This document shows, piece after piece, positions 36,501 through 48,500 of a stretch of 64,000 nucleotides of DNA (positions within the stretch are counted from its first letter, which is position 1; the number at the start of each line of letters is the position of its first letter). Source of the DNA: Nemertoderma westbladi (taxonomy: Eukaryota > Animalia > Xenacoelomorpha); the NCBI GenBank assembly GCA_032718475.1, contig JAUCBJ010002546.1, positions 17,176 to 81,175 on the forward strand, written 5' to 3'. Position numbers and translations under genes: made by a program. The notes beneath the pieces were generated by a model, which made no database searches, had not been told where the DNA came from, and was given only the letters and a program-made list of their open reading frames with translations.

Positions 36501-39500
36501 TAGAAAGAGTAGATGTTAGCGGGAGCGGTCTGTGGGTAGAAAGAGTAGATATTAGTGGGTAGAAAGAGTAGATGTTAGCGGGAGCGGTCTGTGGGTAGAA
36601 AGAGTAGATGTTAGTGGGTAGAAAGAGTAGATGTTAGCGGGAGCGGTCTGTGGGGCAGAAAGAGTAGATATTAGTGGGAGCGGTCTGTGGGTAGAAAGAG
36701 TAGATATTAGCGGGAGCGGTCTGTGGGTAGAAAGAGTAGATATTAGTGGGTAGAAAGAGTAGATATTAGTGGGTAGAAAGAGTAGATATTAGTGGGAGCG
36801 GTCTGTGGGGCAGAAAGAGTAGATATTAGTGGGTAGAAAGAGTAGATATTAGTGGGTAGAAAGAGTAGATATTAGCGGGAGCGGTCTGTGGGGCAGAAAG
36901 AGTAGATATCAGTGGGAGCGGTCTGTGGGTAGAAAGAGTAGATATTAGTGGGAGCGGTCTGTGGGGCAGAAAGAGTAGATATTAGTGGGTAGAAAGAGTA
37001 GATGTTAGCGGGAGCGGTCTGTGGGTAGAAAGAGTAGATATTAGTGGGAGCGGTCTGTGGGTAGAAAGAGTAGATATTAGTGGGAGCGGTCTGTGGGTAG
37101 AAAGAGTAGATATTAGTGGGAGCGGTCTGTGGGTAGAAAGAGTAGATGTTAGCGGGAGCGGTCTGTGGGGCAGAAAGAGTAGATATTAGTGGGTAGAAAG
37201 AGTAGATGTTAGCGGGAGCGGTCTGTGGGGCAGAAAGAGTAGATATTAGTGGGAGCGGTCTGTGGGGCAGAAAGAGTAGATATTAGTGGGTAGAAAGAGT
37301 AGATGTTAGTGGGAGCGGTCTGTGGGGCAGAAAGAGTAGATATTAGTGGGAGCGGTCTGTGGGGCAGAAAGAGTAGATATTAGTGGGTAGAAAGAGTAGA
37401 TGTTAGTGGGAGCGGTCTGTGGGGCAGAAAGAGTAGATATTAGTGGGAGCGGTCTGTGGGGCAGAAAGAGTAGATATTAGTGGGAGCGGTCTGTGGGGCA
37501 GAAATAGTAGATATTAGTGGGAGCGGTCTGTGGGGCAGAAAGAGTAGATATTAGTGGGTAGAAAGAGTAGATGTTAGTGGGAGCGGTCTGTGGGGCAGAA
37601 AGAGTAGATATTAGTGGGAGCGGTCTGTGGGGCAGAAAGAGTAGATATTAGTGGGAGCGGTCTGTGGGGCAGAAAGATTAGATATCAGTGGGAGCGGTCT
37701 GTGGGTAGAAAGAGTAGATGTTAGCGGGAGCGGTCTGTGGGTAGAAAGAGTAGATATTAGTGGGAGCGGTCTGTGGGGCAGAAAGAGTAGATATTAGTGG
37801 GAGCGGTCTGTGGGGCAGAAAGAGTAGATATTAGTGGGTAGAAAGAGTAGATGTTAGCGGGAGCGGTCTGTGGGGCAGAAAGAGTAGATATTAGTGGGTA
37901 GAAAGAGTAGATGTTAGCGGGAGCGGTCTGTGGGTAGAAAGAGTAGATGTTAGTGGGAGCGGTCTGTGGGTAGAAAGAGTAGATATTAGTGGGAGCGGTC
38001 TGTGGGTAGAAAGAGTAGATATTAGTGGGAGCGGTCTGTGGGGCAGAAAGAGTAGATATTAGTGGGAGCGGTCTGTGGGGCAGAAAGAGTAGATATTAGT
38101 GGGTAGAACGAGTAGATGTTAGCGGGAGCGGTCTGTGGGTAGAAAGAGTAGATGTTAGTGGGAGCGGTCTGTGGGTAGAAAGAGTAGATATTAGTGGGAG
38201 CGGTCTGTGGGGCAGAAAGAGTAGATATTAGTGGGAGCGGTCTGTGGGGCAGAAAGAGTAGATATTAGTGGGTAGAAAGAGTAGATGTTAGCGGGAGCGG
38301 TCTGTGGGGCAGAAAGAGTAGATATTAGTGGGTAGAAAGAGTAGATGTTAGCGGGAGCGGTCTGTGGGTAGAAAGAGTAGATATTAGTGGGTAGAAAGAG
38401 TAGATGTTAGCGGGAGCGGTCTGTGGGTAGAAAGAGTAGATATCAGTGGGTGCGGTCTGTGGGGCAGAAAGAGTAGATATTAGTGGGTAGAAAGAGTAGA
38501 TGTTAGCGGGAGCGGTCTGTGGGTAGAAAGAGTAGATATTAGTGGGTAGAAAGAGTAGATGTTAGCGGGAGCGGTCTGTGGGTAGAAAGAGTAGATATCA
38601 GTGGGTGCGGTCTGTGGGGCAGAAAGAGTAGATATTAGTGGGTAGAAAGAGTAGATGTTAGCGGGAGCGGTCTGTGGGTAGAAAGAGTAGATATTAGTGG
38701 GTAGAAAGAGTAGATGTTAGCGGGAGCGGTCTGTGGGTAGAAAGAGTAGATATCAGTGGGTGCGGTCTGTGGGGCAGAAAGAGTAGATATTAGTGGGTAG
38801 AAAGAGTAGATGTTAGCGGGAGCGGTCTGTGGTAGAAAGAGTAGATGTAGCGGGAGCGGTCTGTGGGCAGAAAGAGTAGATATTAGTGGGAGCGGTCTGT
38901 GGGGCAGAAAGAGTAGATATTAGTGGGAGCGGTCTGTGGGGCAGAAAGAGTAGATATTAGTGGGAGCGGTCTGTGGGGCAGAAAGAGTAGATATTAGTGG
39001 GAGCGGTCTGTGGGGCAGAAAGAGTAGATATTAGTGGGAGCGGTCTGTGGGGCAGAAAGAGTAGATATTAGTGGGAGCGGTCTGTGGGGCAGAAAGAGTA
39101 GATATTAGTGGGTAGAAAGAGTAGATGTTAGCGGGAGCGGTCTGTGGGTAGAAAGAGTAGATGTTAGCGGGAGCGGTCTGTGGGGCAGAAAGAGTAGATA
39201 TTAGTGGGAGCGGTCTGTGGGGCAGAAAGAGTAGATATTAGTGGGTAGAAAGAGTAGATGTTAGTGGGAGCGGTCTGTGGGTAGAAAGAGTAGATATTAG
39301 TGGGTAGAAAGAGTAGATGTTAGCGGGAGCGGTCTGTGGGTAGAAAGAGTAGATGTTAGTGGGTAGAAAGAGTAGATGTTAGTGGGTAGAAAGAGTAGAT
39401 ATTAGTGGGAGCGGTCTGTGGGGCAGAAAGAGTAGATATTAGTGGGAGCGGTCTGTGGGGCAGAAAGAGTAGATATTAGTGGGTAGAAAGAGTAGATGTT

Positions 39501-42500
39501 AGTGGGAGCGGTCTGTGGGTAGAAAGAGTAGATATTAGTGGGTAGAAAGAGTAGATGTTAGCGGGAGCGGTCTGTGGGTAGAAAGAGTAGATGTTAGTGG
39601 GTAGAAAGAGTAGATGTTAGTGGGAGCGGTCTGTGGGTAGAAAGAGTAGATATTAGTGGGAGCGGTCTGTGGGTAGAAAGAGTAGATATTAGTGGGAGCG
39701 GTCTGTGGGGCAGAAAGAGTAGATATTAGTGGGAGCGGTCTGTGGGGCAGAAAGAGTAGATATTAGTGGGTAGAAAGAGTAGATGTTAGTGGGAGCGGTC
39801 TGTGGGTAGAAAGAGTAGATATTAGTGGGTAGAAAGAGTAGATGTTAGCGGGAGCGGTCTGTGGGTAGAAAGAGTAGATGTTAGTGGGTAGAAAGAGTAG
39901 ATGTTAGTGGGTAGAAAGAGTAGATATTAGTGGGAGCGGTCTGTGGGGCAGAAAGAGTAGATATTAGTGGGAGCGGTCTGTGGGGCAGAAAGAGTAGATA
40001 TTAGTGGGTAGAAAGAGTAGATGTTAGTGGGAGCGGTCTGTGGGTAGAAAGAGTAGATATTAGTGGGTAGAAAGAGTAGATGTTAGCGGGAGCGGTCTGT
40101 GGGTAGAAAGAGTAGATGTTAGTGGGTAGAAAGAGTAGATGTTAGTGGGTAGAAAGAGTAGATATTAGTGGGAGCGGTCTGTGGGGCAGAAAGAGTAGAT
40201 ATTAGTGGGAGCGGTCTGTGGGGCAGAAAGAGTAGATATTAGTGGGTAGAAAGAGTAGATGTTAGTGGGAGCGGTCTGTGGGTAGAAAGAGTAGATATTA
40301 GTGGGTAGAAAGAGTAGATGTTAGCGGGAGCGGTCTGTGGGTAGAAAGAGTAGATGTTAGTGGGTAGAAAGAGTAGATGTTAGTGGGAGCGGTCTGTGGG
40401 TAGAAAGAGTAGATATTAGTGGGAGCGGTCTGTGGGTAGAAAGAGTAGATATTAGTGGGAGCGGTCTGTGGGGCAGAAAGAGTAGATATTAGTGGGAGCG
40501 GTCTGTGGGGCAGAAAGAGTAGATATTAGTGGGTAGAACGAGTAGATGTTAGCGGGAGCGGTCTGTGGGTAGAAAGAGTAGATGTTAGTGGGAGCGGTCT
40601 GTGGGTAGAAAGAGTAGATATTAGTGGGAGCGGTCTGTGGGGCAGAAAGAGTAGATATTAGTGGGAGCGGTCTGTGGGGCAGAAAGAGTAGATATTAGTG
40701 GGTAGAAAGAGTAGATGTTAGCGGGAGCGGTCTGTGGGGCAGAAAGAGTAGATATTAGTGGGTAGAAAGAGTAGATGTTAGCGGGAGCGGTCTGTGGGTA
40801 GAAAGAGTAGATATTAGTGGGTAGAAAGAGTAGATGTTAGCGGGAGCGGTCTGTGGGTAGAAAGAGTAGATATCAGTGGGTGCGGTCTGTGGGGCAGAAA
40901 GAGTAGATATTAGTGGGTAGAAAGAGTAGATGTTAGCGGGAGCGGTCTGTGGGTAGAAAGAGTAGATATTAGTGGGTAGAAAGAGTAGATGTTAGCGGGA
41001 GCGGTCTGTGGGTAGAAAGAGTAGATATCAGTGGGTGCGGTCTGTGGGGCAGAAAGAGTAGATATTAGTGGGTAGAAAGAGTAGATGTTAGCGGGAGCGG
41101 TCTGTGGGTAGAAAGAGTAGATATTAGTGGGTAGAAAGAGTAGATGTTAGCGGGAGCGGTCTGTGGGTAGAAAGAGTAGATATCAGTGGGTGCGGTCTGT
41201 GGGGCAGAAAGAGTAGATATTAGTGGGTAGAAAGAGTAGATGTTAGCGGGAGCGGTCTGTGGGGCAGAAAGAGTAGATATTAGTGGGAGCGGTCTGTGGG
41301 GCAGAAAGAGTAGATATTAGTGGGAGCGGTCTGTGGGGCAGAAAGAGTAGATATTAGTGGGAGCGGTCTGTGGGGCAGAAAGAGTAGATATTAGTGGGAG
41401 CGGTCTGTGGGGCAGAAAGAGTAGATATTAGTGGGTAGAAAGAGTAGATGTTAGCGGGAGCGGTCTGTGGGTAGAAAGAGTAGATGTTAGCGGGAGCGGT
41501 CTGTGGGGCAGAAAGAGTAGATATTAGTGGGAGCGGTCTGTGGGGCAGAAAGAGTAGATATTAGTGGGTAGAAAGAGTAGATGTTAGTGGGAGCGGTCTG
41601 TGGGTAGAAAGAGTAGATATTAGTGGGTAGAAAGAGTAGATGTTAGCGGGAGCGGTCTGTGGGTAGAAAGAGTAGATGTTAGTGGGTAGAAAGAGTAGAT
41701 GTTAGTGGGTAGAAAGAGTAGATATTAGTGGGAGCGGTCTGTGGGGCAGAAAGAGTAGATATTAGTGGGAGCGGTCTGTGGGGCAGAAAGAGTAGATATT
41801 AGTGGGTAGAAAGAGTAGATGTTAGTGGGAGCGGTCTGTGGGTAGAAAGAGTAGATATTAGTGGGTAGAAAGAGTAGATGTTAGCGGGAGCGGTCTGTGG
41901 GTAGAAAGAGTAGATGTTAGTGGGTAGAAAGAGTAGATGTTAGTGGGAGCGGTCTGTGGGTAGAAAGAGTAGATATTAGTGGGTAGAAAGAGTAGATGTT
42001 AGTGGGAGCGGTCTGTGGGTAGAAAGAGTAGATGTTAGCGGGAGCGGTCTGTGGGTAGAAAGAGTAGATATTAGTGGGAGCGGTCTGTGGGTAGAAAGAG
42101 TAGATATTAGTGGGTAGAAAGAGTAGATATTAGTGGGTAGAAAGAGTAGATATTAGTGGGAGCGGTCTGTGGGTAGAAAGAGTAGATGTTAGCGGGAGCG
42201 GTCTGTGGGTAGAAAGAGTAGATATTAGTGGGTAGAAAGAGTAGATGTTAGCGGGTAGAAAGAGTAGATATTAGCGGGAGCGGTCTGTGGGTAGAAAGAG
42301 TAGATGTTAGCGGGAGCGGTCTGTGGGTAGAAAGAGTAGATATTAGTGGGTAGAAATAGTAGATGTTAGTGGGAGCGGTCTGTGGGTAGAAAGAGTAGAT
42401 GTTAGCGGGAGCGGTCTGTGGGTAGAAAGAGTAGATATTAGTGGGAGCGGTCTGTGGGGCAGAAAGAGTAGATATTAGTGGGAGCGGTCTGTGGGGCAGA

Positions 42501-45500
42501 AAGAGTAGATATTAGTGGGTAGAAAGAGTAGATGTTAGCGGGAGCGGTCTGTGGGGCAGAAAGAGTAGATATTAGTGGGTAGAAAGAGTAGATATTAGTG
42601 GGTAGAAAGAGTAGATATTAGTGGGTAGAAAGAGTAGATGTTAGTGGGAGCGGTCTGTGGGGCAGAAAGAGTAGATATTAGTGGGTAGAAAGAGTAGATG
42701 TTAGCGGGAGCGGTCTGTGGGGCAGAAAGAGTAGATATTAGTGGGTAGAAAGAGTAGATGTTAGTGGGAGCGGTCTGTGGGGCAGAAAGAGTAGATATTA
42801 GTGGGTAGAAAGAGTAGATGTTAGCGGGAGCGGTCTGTGGGGCAGAAAGAGTAGATATTAGTGGGAGCGGTCTGTGGGGCAGAAAGAGTAGATATTAGTG
42901 GGAGCGGTCTGTGGGGTAGAAAGAGTAGATATTAGTGGGAGCGGTCTGTGGGTAGAAAGAGTAGATGTTAGTGGGAGCGGTCTGTGGGTAGAAAGAGTAG
43001 ATGTTAGTGGGCAGAAAGAGTAGATATTAGTGGGAGCGGTCTGTGGGTAGAAAGAGTAGATATTAGTGGGAGCGGTCTGTGGGGCAGAAAGAGTAGATAT
43101 TAGTGGGAGCGGTCTGTGGGTAGAAAGAGTAGATGTTAGTGGGCAGAAAGAGTAGATATTAGTGGGAGCGGTCTGTGGGTAGAAAGAGTAGATATTAGTG
43201 GGAGCGGTCTGTGGGGTAGAAAGAGTAGATGTTAGTGGGAGCGGTCTGTGGGGTAGAAAGAGAAGATGTTAGTGGGAGCGGTCTGTGGGGCAGAAAGAGT
43301 AGATATTAGCGGGAGCGGTCTGTGGGTAGAAAGAGTAGATGTTAGTGGGAGCGGTCTGTGGGGCAGAAAGAGTAGATATTAGTGGGAGCGGTCTGTGGGG
43401 CAGAAAGAGTAGATATTAGTGGGTAGAAAGAGTAGATGTTAGTGGGAGCGGTCTGTGGGGCAGAAAGAGTAGATATTAGTGGGAGCGGTCTGTGGGGCAG
43501 AAAGAGTAGATATCAGTGGGAGCGGTCTGTGGGGCAGAAAGAGTAGATATTAGTGGGAGCGGTCTGTGGGTAGAAAGAGTAGATGTTAGTGGGAGCGGTC
43601 TGTGGGTAGAAAGAGTAGATGTTAGTGGGCAGAAAGAGTAGATATTAGTGGGAGCGGTCTGTGGGTAGAAAGAGTAGATATTAGTGGGAGCGGTCTGTGG
43701 GGCAGAAAGAGTAGATATTAGTGGGAGCGGTCTGTGGGTAGAAAGAGTAGATATTAGTGGGAGCGGTCTGTGGGGCAGAAAGAGTAGATATTAGTGGGAG
43801 CGGTCTGTGGGTAGAAAGAGTAGATGTTAGTGGGAGCGGTCTGTGGGTAGAAAGAGTAGATGTTAGTGGGAGCGGTCTGTGGGGCAGAAAGAGTAGATGT
43901 TAGTGGGAGCGGTCTGTGGGTAGAAAGAGTAGATATTAGTGGGTAGAAAGAGTAGATGTTAGCGGGAGCGGTCTGTGGGGCAGAAAGAGGAGATGTTAGT
44001 GGGAGCGGTCTGTGGGTAGAAAGAGTAGATGTTAGCGGGAGCGGTCTGTGGGGCAGAAAGAGTAGATATTAGTGGGAGCGGTCTGTGGGGCAGAAAGAGT
44101 AGATATTAGTGGGAGCGGTCTGTGGGGCAGAAAGAGTAGATGTTAGTGGGAGCGGTCTGTGGGGCAGAAAGAGTAGATATTAGTGGGAGCGGTCTGTGGG
44201 GCAGAAAGAGTAGATGTTAGCGGGAGCGGTCTGTGGGTAGAAAGAGTAGATGTTAGTGGGAGCGGTCTGTGGGGCAGAAAGAGTAGATATTAGTGGGAGC
44301 GGTCTGTGGGGCAGAAAGAGTAGATATTAGTGGGAGCGGTCTGTGGGGCAGAAAGAGTAGATATTAGTGGGAGCGGTCTGTGGGTAGAAAGAGTAGATAT
44401 TAGTGGGAGCGGTCTGTGGGGTAGAAAGAGTAGATATTAGTGGGAGCGGTCTGTGGGGTAGAAAGAGTAGATATTAGTGGGAGCGGTCTGTGGGGCAGAA
44501 AGAGTAGATATTAGTGGGAGCGGTCTGTGGGTAGAAAGAGTAGATGTTAGCGGGAGCGGTCTGTGGGGCAGAAAGAGTAGATATTAGTGGGTAGAAAGAG
44601 TAGATGTTAGTGGGAGCGGTCTGTGGGTAGAAAGAGTAGATATTAGTGGGTAGAAAGAGTAGATGTTAGCGGGAGCGGTCTGTGGGTAGAACGAGTAGAT
44701 GTTAGCGGGAGCGGTCTGTGGGTAGAAAGAGTAGATATTAGTGGGAGCGGTCTGTGGGGCAGAAAGAGTAGATATTAGTGGGAGCGGTCTGTGGGGTAGA
44801 AAGAGTAGATATTAGCGGGAGCGGTCTGTGGGTAGAAAGAGTAGATATTAGTGGGTAGAAAGAGTAGATGTTAGTGGGTAGAAAGAGTAGATGTTAGTGG
44901 GAGCGGTCTGTGGGTAGAAAGAGTAGATGTTAGCGGGAGCGGTCTGTGGGCAGAAAGAGTAGATATTAGTGGGAGCGGTCTGTGGGGCAGAAAGAGTAGA
45001 TATTAGTGGGAGCGGTCTGTGGGGCAGAAAGAGTAGATATTAGTGGGAGCGGTCTGTGGGGTAGAAAGAGTAGATATTAGTGGGAGCGGTCTGTGGGGCA
45101 GAAAGAGTAGATATTAGTGGGTAGAAAGATTAGATGTTAGTGGGAGCGGTCTGTGGGTAGAAAGAGTAGATGTTAGCGGGAGCGGTCTGTGGGTAGAAAG
45201 AGTAGATATTAGCGGGAGCGGTCTGTGGGTAGAAAGAGTAGATATTAGTGGGTAGAAAGAGTAGATGTTAGTGGGAGCGGTCTGTGGGTAGAAAGAGTAG
45301 ATATTAGTGGGAGCGGTCTGTGGGGCAGAAAGAGTAGATATTAGTGGGAGCGGTCTGTGGGGCAGAAAGAGTAGATATTAGTGGGAGCGGTCTGTGGGTA
45401 GAAAGAGTAGATGTTAGTGGGAGCGGTCTGTGGGGCAGAAAGAGTAGATATTAGTGGGAGCGGTCTGTGGGGTAGAAAGAGTAGATATTAGTGGGAGCGG

Positions 45501-48500
45501 TCTGTGGGGCAGAAAGAGTAGATATTAGTGGGTAGAAAGAGTAGATGTTAGTGGGAGCGGTCTGTGGGCAGAAAGAGTAGATATTAGTGGGAGCGGTCTG
45601 TGGGGCAGAAAGAGTAGATATTAGTGGGAGCGGTCTGTGGGGCAGAAAGAGTAGATATTAGTGGGAGCGGTCTGTGGGTAGAAAGAGTAGATATTAGTGG
45701 GAGCGGTCTGTGGGGCAGAAAGAGTAGATAGTTAGTGGGAGCGGTCTGTGGGGCAGAAAGAGTAGATATTAGTGGGAGCGGTCTGTGGGGTAGAAAGAGT
45801 AGATGTTAGTGGGAGCGGTCTGTGGGTAGAAAGAGTAGATATTAGTGGGAGCGGTCTGTGGGTAGAAAGAGTAGATATTAGTGGGAGCGGTCTGTGGGTA
45901 GAAAGAGTAGATATTAGTGGGAGCGGTCTGTGGGGCAGAAAGAGTAGATATTAGTGGGTAGAAAGAGTAGATGTTAGTGGGAGCGGTCTGTGGGGCAGAA
46001 AGAGTAGATATTAGTGGGAGCGGTCTGTGGGTAGAAAGAGTAGATGTTAGCGGGAGCGGTCTGTGGGGTAGAAAGAGTAGATATTAGTGGGTAGAAAGAG
46101 TAGATATTAGTGGGTAGAAAGAGTAGATATTAGTGGGTAGAAAGAGTAGATGTTAGTGGGAGCGGTCTGTGGGTAGAAAGAGTAGATATTAGTGGGTAGA
46201 AAGAGTAGATATTAGTGGGTAGAAAGAGTAGATATTAGTGGGTAGAAAGAGTAGATGTTAGTGGGAGCGGTCTGTGGGTAGAAAGAGTAGATATTAGTGG
46301 GTAGAAAGAGTAGATATTAGTGGGTAGAAAGAGTAGATGTTAGTGGGAGCGGTCTGTGGGTAGAAAGAGTAGATATTAGTGGGTAGAAAGAGTAGATATT
46401 AGTGGGTAGAAAGAGTAGATATTAGTGGGTAGAAAGAGTAGATATTAGTGGGTAGAAAGAGTAGATATTAGTGGGTAGAAAGAGTAGATGTTAGTGGGAG
46501 CGGTCTGTGGGTAGAAAGAGTAGATATTAGTGGGAGCGGTCTGTGGGTAGAAAGAGTAGATATTAGTGGGTAGAAAGAGTAGATGTTAGTGGGAGCGGTC
46601 TGTGGGTAGAAAGAGTAGATGTTAGCGGGAGCGGTCTGTGGGTAGAAAGAGTAGATATTAGAGGGTAGAAAGAGTAGATATTAGTGGGTAGAAAGAGTAG
46701 ATGTTAGTGGGAGCGGTCTGTGGGGTAGAAAGAGTAGATGTTAGTGGGAGCGGTCTGTGGGTAGAAAGAGTAGATATTAGTGGGTAGAAAGAGTAGATGT
46801 GGGCAGAAAGAGTAGATATTAGTGGGTAGAAAGAGTAGATGTTAGTGGGAGCGGTCTGTGGGTAGAAAGAGTAGATGTTAGCGGGAGCGGTCTGTGGGTA
46901 GAAAGAGTAGATATTAGTGGGTAGAAAGAGTAGATATTAGTGGGTAGAAAGAGTAGATGTTAGTGGGAGCGGTCTGTGGGTAGAAAGAGTAGATATTAGT
47001 GGGAGCGGTCTGTGGGTAGAAAGAGTAGATGTTAATGGGAGCGGTCTGTGGGGTAGAACGAGTAGATGTTAGTGGGAGCGGTCTGTGGGGCAGAAAGAGT
47101 AGATGTTAGCGGGAGCGGTCTGTGGGTAGAAAGAGTAGATGTTAGTGGGAGCGGTCTGTGGGGCAGAAAGAGTAGATATTAGTGGGTAGAAAGAGTAGAT
47201 GTTAGTGGGTAGAAAGAGTAGATATTAGTGGGTAGAAAGAGTAGATGTTAGTGGGTAGAAAGAGTAGATGTTAGTGGGTAGAAAGAGTAGATGTTAATGG
47301 GAACTGTCTGTGGGGTAGAAAGAGTAGATGTTAGTGGGAGCGGTCTGTGGGTAGAAAGAGTAGATATTAGTGGGTAGAAAGAGTAGATATTAGTGGGAGC
47401 GGTCTGTGGGGCAGAAAGAGTAGATGTTAGTGGGAGCGGTCTGTGGGTCAGAAAGAGTAGATATTAGTGGGAGCGGTCTGTGGGTAGAAAGAGTAGATAT
47501 TAGTGGGTAGAAAGAGTAGATATTAGTGGGTAGAAAGAGTAGATGTTAGTGGGAGCGGTCTGTGGGGTAGAAAGAGTAGATGTTAGTGGGAGCGGTCTGT
47601 GGGGTAGAAAGAGTAGATATTAGTGGGAGCGGTCTGTGGGTAGAAAGAGTAGATGTTAGTGGGAGCGGTCTGTGGGGCAGAAAGAGTAGATATTAGTGGG
47701 AGCGGTCTGTGGGGCAGAAAGAGTAGATATTAGTGGGTAGAAAGAGTAGATGTTAGTGGGAGCGGTCTGTGGGTAGAAAGAGTAGATGTTAGCGGGAGCG
47801 GTCTGTGGGTAGAAAGAGTAGATGTTAGTGGGAGCGGTCTGTGGGGCAGAAAGAGTAGATATTAGTGGGAGCGGTCTGTGGGGCAGAAAGAGTAGATATT
47901 AGTGGGAGCGGTCTGTGGGTAGAAAGAGTAGATGTTAGTGGGAGCGGTCTGTGGGGCAGAAAGAGTAGATATTAGTGGGAGCGGTCTGTGGGCAGAAAGA
48001 GTAGATATTAGTGGGAGCGGTCTGTGGGGCAGAAAGAGTAGATATTAGTGGGAGCGGTCTGTGGGGCAGAAAGAGTAGATATTAGTGGGTAGAAAGAGTA
48101 GATGTTAATGGGAGCGGTCTGTGGGGTAGAACGAGTAGATGTTAGTGGGAGCGGTCTGTGGGTAGAAAGAGTAGATGTTAGTGGGAGCGGTCTGTGGGCA
48201 GAAAGAGTAGATATTAGTGGGAGCGGTCTGTGGGGTAGAAAGAGTAGATATTAGTGGGAGCGGTCTGTGGGGCAGAAAGAGTAGATATTAGTGGGTAGAA
48301 AGAGTAGATTTATGGGAGCGGTCTGTGGGGCAGAAAGAGTAGATATTAGTGGGTAGAAAGAGTAGATATTAGTGGGTAGAAAGAGTAGATGTTAGTGGGA
48401 GCGGTCTGTGGGGCAGAAAGAGTAGATATTAGTGGGTAGCAAGAGTCGATATTAGTGGGTAGAAAGAGTAGATATTAGTGGGTAGAAAGAGTAGATGTTA

